A DNA stretch of 64,000 bases from Vicugna vicugna (taxonomy: Eukaryota): NCBI GenBank assembly GCA_013265495.1, contig MU062536.1, positions 434,001 through 498,000 of the forward strand, in the 5' to 3' direction. Shown one piece after another: positions 60,060 through 64,000 of the stretch; position 1 is the first letter of the stretch, and each line of letters opens with the position of its first letter. Made by a program: the position numbers and the translations under genes. Below the pieces are notes generated by a model. That model did not search any database. It was not told the DNA's origin and saw only the letters and a list, made by a program, of their open reading frames with translations.

Positions 60060-60500
60060 TTGTTTCCTCATTGTGTCTAACACAGTGCACCTAGTCAATG
60101 CTGCATACATATTAAAGGAAAACTAAAAAAGAGAAAGAAAAGGATCGTGAGAAAGTAGTATTCCAGAAGGAAGAAGAATTTCCTGAAAGAGTTGATTGGT
60201 TTTCTCAAAATAGCACAAAGAATTTGAGTTAGAAACGAAAAGAGATGCCTAGACATACAAAGTGAAAGATCTTTTCAAAAGAAGGATCAGTGGGGAGATA
60301 ACATAGACCCTGAACATAGTGAACAAATGCTGAACTGGAGGAACCAGGATAGACTTGGTCTTCAGGAAGTTTGGTGGCACTGGAAAAAACAAAAGTATGA
60401 TAGTAACCAAGGGAAACTGTGGTTGAAGTAAAAACTTGAGCACATTGGGGGGGGCACTGGAAGGAAACAGTGGACGGGGAAGAATTTAAAACTAGTAAGA
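60060..60500 (-). mobile_element. Degenerate L2 fragment
   Basis: Purine-rich; gacttggtcttcaggaagtttgg and related L2-like motifs. Confidence 0.4.
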
Positions 60501-60994
60501 GAAGAAAGACTTTATGGTGCTAAGTCTCAGAACAGACAGAAAGGAATGTGGTTTGGTTTGGTTCGGTTTTTAAATGCACAGATGGTGGCATTAATCATGG
60601 GAAGACACAGGAACAACTCTTCCTCCAAAAGACAGGGGGAAAATGTGTGTGATACGTGAGAAAGCATTTTTAGTCTACACGGTCCCATAACAAAGTCTCT
60701 GCTATCAAAAAAGTGATCAAAATTATTATAAGGACCATGCTATATTCTGGTTTGTAGGTCACAAGTAGAGATAACCTAAGGGCACCATTCGGTATATGCG
60801 TGTGATAGAAACTGAATCCACAACAGACTCTGTTGTCTAATATTTTTGCTTCATTTCAAATACTTTTGCCTGATGGGACCTCATGGAAAACCTATTCTCA
60901 TAAAATAAACAAAGTAGTCATGTAGTTTTATGTTAATATTAGGTCAAGTGACTTTAAAAGAATGTGCTTTTTTCCCTGGATCATCAAAAATTCT

Positions 60995-61900
60995 ATCTAA
61001 TGAATATCTCAGCTCCTACAATATGAAATGCATCAAGTTAGAAAACGTAGGAGAGACAAACACAAGAAAAAGGAGTTCTTGCCTTTGAAGAGGTCGCAAC
61101 AGAGGAAGGAAGATGAGAAGCACGCGAATCCCTCTGAGACGAGAGCAGACGGCATAGGCTTGTTAGTGACAAACCCGCGGGAATCCAGAGAAGGAGGTGA
61201 AGGTGGACAGGAAGCCTTCCTGAAAGAGGTTACAAGCTACCTGGGATTGTCAAGACAAAAGGGTGGCTTAAGATATTTAAGAGGAACAAGGAGGAGAAAG
61301 AACATTCTCGTGTGAGGTTAACAGCATGGATGAAAACATAAAGGTGGGAGATTACAGAAAATGTTCAGAGAAAATCAAGTATCTCAATTAGCTCAAGGGC
61401 AGGAGCAGGAGGGGAAGAACTGGAGACAAACCTGGGACTCTGGGGCTGTAATAAATTGTTTTAATCAGTTAGTCAAGAGATGAAGATCTATGTTTTCTAT
61501 GTTTTAAGAACCTCAATCTAGCAGTAATAAGCTTTGGAGTCAGTAGAAAAAGATATGAAGGTTTCAGTTAGGAGTATTTGTAATGCTCCAAACAAGTAGC
61601 ATCGGTGGGATGTGTGAGGCATTAGAAGGTGAAATCAAAAGGATAAAGCAAATGACTGCATGTGGGGATGAGAGGGAGAGCCAAGAATGACTCCAAAGGT
61701 TTTCGGCTTTGTTTCCTATGCTGCCAAAAATTCTTAGAGTTCGGAAGATGGACCGTCTCCAAGAATAGCAACTTAAGCGCAGTACAGAGCAGATTTGGAA
61801 GTCAATGCATACCTCAGAAAATTCACTCTTTGAACCCAAGAGTTAGATAATGGTCTAAGTGGGAGGGACAAGCCACAGGGTTTTAAAAATCTGGAAAGGA
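60995..61900 (-). mobile_element. L2 fragment
   Basis: ggaagccttcctgaaagagg; gttaggagtatttgtaatgctccaaac; atgtggggatgagagggagagccaagaatgactccaaaggttttcggc. Confidence 0.75.
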
Positions 61901-62830
61901 TAAAATCAACAGAACTATTTGCAATATTAGCTCCATCAAAAGATCATGAGAAGCAAGAGAGGGGGAAATACCAGTCTAGCAGTATCACACTACAGAGGCT
62001 GCAACCAGCAGAATGCTAGTGCTAGGAAGTAAACTACTCAGTAGGTACCCATGGCAAAGCGTAGGCAGCTTCCGTGAAGACAAAAAGGACATTTTGCCAG
62101 AACATTCTGCATCATTCATTTCTTAATAAAATAATTCCTCCAGCCATCAACTATTAACTCTTCAGAATCAAGCACCTTGATGAGAAACGCTAAAACATCT
62201 TCACCTTGTTCCTAATCAGGGGGAACTTTATGGCATCAAACCAGAAAGAAACTTGAGATTATAACAAGCACAAGTCAGGGTAAGATATGTCACGTAACTC
62301 CCTGGTAAAGGATGCAGCAAACAGACACTCTGTCCTATCATTCTGCACTTTGAAGTACAAAGACACATCTCAAATGAGACCCTAAGTTCTTGTCTTTTGT
62401 ATTCTATTTTCTTCTTTTCCTTAATTCAGCAAAGCTACTACACAGGCGCTTACTGATATTAGAGACATGTGTCTCTTAAGCCAATGGTATATGAATTACA
62501 GCAGTAAATGGCTTTGAAAGTGTCTCAAAAGCAAACTATGGAAATTCCCACACCACTCTCCCAAGAGAATATGATGAGCAGTCATATGTTTGTGAATTCA
62601 GAGGATGCTACCCCACTGTTCAGAGACAGCATGTATATAACTGTTTGTCTCTTTCTCTCTTTGAAGTATTTTTTTAAAATGTGAAACCTTAGACATATTC
62701 AAGGATAGTTTGCCAGGTTGGTCAAGAACACTACTATATCTAAATATGCACTAAGTCATAAATCTTCTATACCTTGGCTCTGCATATATGACACATGTCC
62801 CCTCTTCCTCCCTTGCGGTCGCTTGCTCAG

Positions 62831-62871
62831 AGACAATAGAGGTCTATGACAGAACAGTGCTTCCCTTACAG
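62831..62871 (+). other. Candidate 41-nt exon
   Basis: tgtcccctcttcctcccttgcggtcgcttgctcag acceptor and CAG|GTAATA donor; open only in the frame giving TIEVYDRTVLPLQ. Confidence 0.25.
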
Positions 62872-63819
62872 GTAATATTTCACACATAACTCTTTGCAGC
62901 TACCAACACATCAAGGTAATGGAGATGTTGTCTGGAAGGGAGCTTAACCCTAGTTGTCTTAAATAGACTGATTTGGATTAAATAAGAAAATCCCCTTATA
63001 TATTTATTAGTATAATAATGCTATCTACATGTTTCCAGATTTTGTTATGTTTTCTAAGAGCAAATGAATGATTCTCTAAATTCTTCAGGCATTTGGTTCA
63101 ACTTGCCTGTTTGACATTAATTAGTGTTAAAGTAATCTCTCTCGGCTGTCCTGTAGAAAGCAAACAAAAGTGAAAAATCCGCCAGGATGACAAACAATAC
63201 AAAACAAAACAGCAACAACAACAACAATAACAACAAAAAAGCACTTGCCTCCGTTCTGAGCAGAAAAGTCTGTCATTAAAAGAAGGTTCAAGGGGGTTAC
63301 AGTCTCTTAAGGCATTAATCTACTCTGACTCCCTTTGCCTGGCAAAGCAAAAAAGCTGTTCTTTTCTAATTCTCAGAAAAAGAAGACGTTTCAACATTTA
63401 GACCCACCCAAAGCTTATTTCTTTTTCTCATGGGAAAGAAGACACCCATATTTTGAACACTGACCACATTACCTGTAGAATTGAAAGGAAATACTTATTT
63501 GGGGCTTTTTCCCACCAATACTTATAAAACAAATAGATGCAGATCCTTTGGGTTTGCCTGAATACACCAGAGAAAATGACACTTTTAATACACCAAGCAA
63601 TTGGCAAAAAAGGGACTTCCAAACTACGGATGCCCTTCACAGTTTCTAAAACAATAATCAGAAAAAGATGAGAAAAACGAATGCAGAATTATTACTTCTA
63701 ATATTTCCCCATTTCACTGAATTATAATGTCCACTCAAAAAGACGCTCTCTTTTCTCATGTTTCCTACATTTTTAGTATTTCTTGTTCTCAAGAGTTTGG
63801 TGCATGTTGATCAGTTGCA

Positions 63820-64000
63820 CGTAATAGAAGTCAGCTTTGGCTAATGTAAAGCGAAAATGAATTTATTAGAAGGATATGCGGAGGTTCGTGGAATTGATGG
63901 GCCAATTGAAGAATTACTGGGCAAAGTCTATAGGAACCATAAGAGGTAGGTGGGCAGGTCATCAGAGACCACCACCATGTCACACTACAGGGGTGGTCTT
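63820..64000 (-). mobile_element. Old MLT1 (K/L/N-type) LTR, running off the window
   Basis: cagttgcacgtaatagaagtcagctttggctaatgtaaagcgaaaatgaatttattagaaggatat. Confidence 0.65.

Noticed and set aside
1-64000. CRISPR arrays, tRNA/rRNA/snRNA genes, CpG-island promoter, processed pseudogenes
   Set aside because: I saw no regularly spaced repeats, no tRNA A/B-box cloverleaf, no recognisable snRNA or rRNA sequence, no CpG island and no mRNA-like segment with poly(A) and TSD.

Overview
Mammalian, mostly non-coding genomic DNA (intronic or intergenic, AT-rich, CpG-poor). By eye about 30% is interspersed repeat: L1 fragments of several ages, L2, MIR, MLT1/LTR16/LTR33 LTRs, MER5/MER58 hAT relics and one internally deleted ERVL provirus with recognisable gag and RT remnants. 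There are six short N gaps. The young L1 3'UTR type is cetartiodactyl-like and I see no Alu, B1/B2, Bov-tA/BovB, PRE-1, CHR or SINEC elements, which points (inference) to a camelid-like genome. I recognise no protein-coding gene, tRNA/rRNA/snRNA or CRISPR array. The supplied ORFs are chance ORFs, N-spanning ORFs or transposon remnants. I found no evidence for a new biological system. The best-supported oddities are a compound palindrome with a double template-switch architecture (21885-22029), a twin-primed 5'-inverted L1 with a 15-bp TSD (6593-6892), a short L1 insertion carrying a 43-nt extra segment with a consensus RFX X-box (23343-23527), a pair of strong candidate + strand exons (9626-9690, 10092-10142) and a strong CTCF-like site (51898-51930). 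Repeat family names come from recalled consensus sequences, not database searches, and most repeat boundaries are approximate (+/-20-50 bp).
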